Part shown: positions 62,881 through 64,000 of the stretch, one piece after another
How the letters are laid out: the number at the start of each line of letters is the position of its first letter
Position numbering within the stretch: the first letter of the stretch is position 1
Origin: Limnothrix sp. BL-A-16
GTDB taxonomy: Bacteria > Cyanobacteriota > Cyanobacteriia > CACIAM-69d
Assembly (NCBI GenBank): GCA_041937175.2
Contig: CP166615.1
Span: 832,001 to 896,000, forward strand
Direction: 5' to 3'
DNA: 64,000 nt
The notes under the pieces: generated by a model
Database searches by the model: none
The model's input: only the letters and a program-made list of their open reading frames with translations
What the model was told of the DNA's origin: nothing
Program-made: the position numbers and the translations under genes

Positions 62881-64000
62881 CTACGGGATTTCGGGTGGGG
62901 TGGTGAGTTGTTTCAGAATGGCTTGGGTGAGGGGGTGGTCGGAGAGTTCGGCGGCGCGACCTTGCTGAAGGGCGGCTTGCACCAGACTATATAAACTTCG
63001 GAGGCTGCTTTGGGTGTGGGGATGGGTTTCACCCAACTGCTGCACCCGAATCTTCCAAGCGCGCAGCAACAGCCGCTCGGCTTCACCCCAACGATTTTGG
63101 TGACAGTGCAGCACTGCCAAGTTGTTGAGGCTGTTGGCGGTTAAGGGATGGTCGGCTCCCATCACTTGCTCTTTGATTGCCAGCGACCGCCGGTAGAGAG
63201 GTTCCGCTGCCTCGTACCTTCCCTGAGATTCGTAGAGTGCTGCCAAGTTGTTGAGGCTGACGGCGGTGTCGGGATGGTCGGCTCCCATCACTTGCTCACG
63301 GATGGCCAGCGATCGCCGGAAGAGGGGTTCTGCGCCTCGTACTTTCCCTGGGATCGATAGAGTGCTGCCAAGCCGTTTAGGCTGTTGGTGGTGTCGGGAT
63401 GGTCGGCTCCCAGCGCCCGCTCACGAATTTCCAGCGATCGCCGATAGAGGGGTTCCGCTGCCTCGTACTTTCTCTGGGATTCGTAGAGTGCTGCCAAGTT
63501 ATTGAGGCTCGTGGCGGTGTCGGGATGGTTGGCTCCCATCACTTGCTCACGGATGGCCAGCGATCGCCGGAAGAGGGGTTCCGCTGCCTCGTACTTTCCC
63601 TGGGATTTGTAGAGTACTGCCAAGCCGTTTAGGCTGTTGGCGGTGTCGGGATGGTCGGCTCCCAGCGCTCGCTCACGAATTTCCAGCGATCGCCGATAGA
63701 GGGGTTCCGCTGCCTCGTACTTTCCCTGGGATTCGTAGAGTGCTGCCAAGTTATTGAGGCTCGTGGCGGTGTCGGGATGGTCAACTCCCAGCAATCGCTC
63801 ACGGATGTCCAGTGATCGTCGGTAGAGGGGTTCCGCTGCCTCGTACCGTCCCTGGGATTCGTAGAGGTTTGCCAAGTTGTTGAGGCTGGAGGCGGTCTCA
63901 GGATGATCGGGGCCGAAGCGGTGTTCGGTGGTGGTTATGCAGTCGCTGTAGTGTTGTTCGGCTTCAGACCAGAGACCTTGCCCCTCAGCCAGCCGCGCCA
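62881..64000 (-). pseudogene. TPR (kinesin-light-chain-type) repeat protein, 3' part, with a 1-nt frameshift near 63333
   Basis: 42-aa repeats HPDTA.SLNNLA.LY.SQGKYEAAEPLYRRSL; frame stays open to the window edge; split into ORFs 63288-63875 and 62881-63291. Confidence 0.75.

Overview
Chromosomal window from a fairly GC-rich cyanobacterium with abundant CGATCG/HIP1 sites; a filamentous Limnothrix/Oscillatoriales-like host is plausible but cannot be shown from this sequence. Housekeeping genes are pipX, acpS, tlyA, leuB, plsY, crtP-crtB, ftsQ-ftsZ-thiD, gatB, scpA, an AMIN-domain amidase, hisB, fabI and ntcA. Accessory content: (i) a three-gene cassette (11.8-15.0 kb) built from three shuffled modules, X, X-Y-vWA-CCC and Y-vWA-CCC, behind a very AT-rich leader, which is my best candidate for an undescribed system; (ii) a thioredoxin-RTX fusion and a small putative secreted peptide ending in GTGTR; (iii) an 18-kb lower-GC tandem array of three Ser/Thr kinase-AAA-GAF-(PAS)-His kinase genes with near-identical ends and divergent middles; (iv) a P-loop ATPase with a short partner; (v) a WecB/TagA glycosyltransferase with MshEN-like repeats; (vi) a frameshifted TPR gene running off the right edge. 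Intergenic DNA carries two MITE-like families sharing a CAAGGGGCTTAAGCCCCTTG palindrome, GTAG-type REPs, an HLR1-like site at crtP and an NtcA box at ntcA. I saw no rRNA, tRNA, CRISPR array or transposase. All calls come from reading the sequence by eye; no searches were run.
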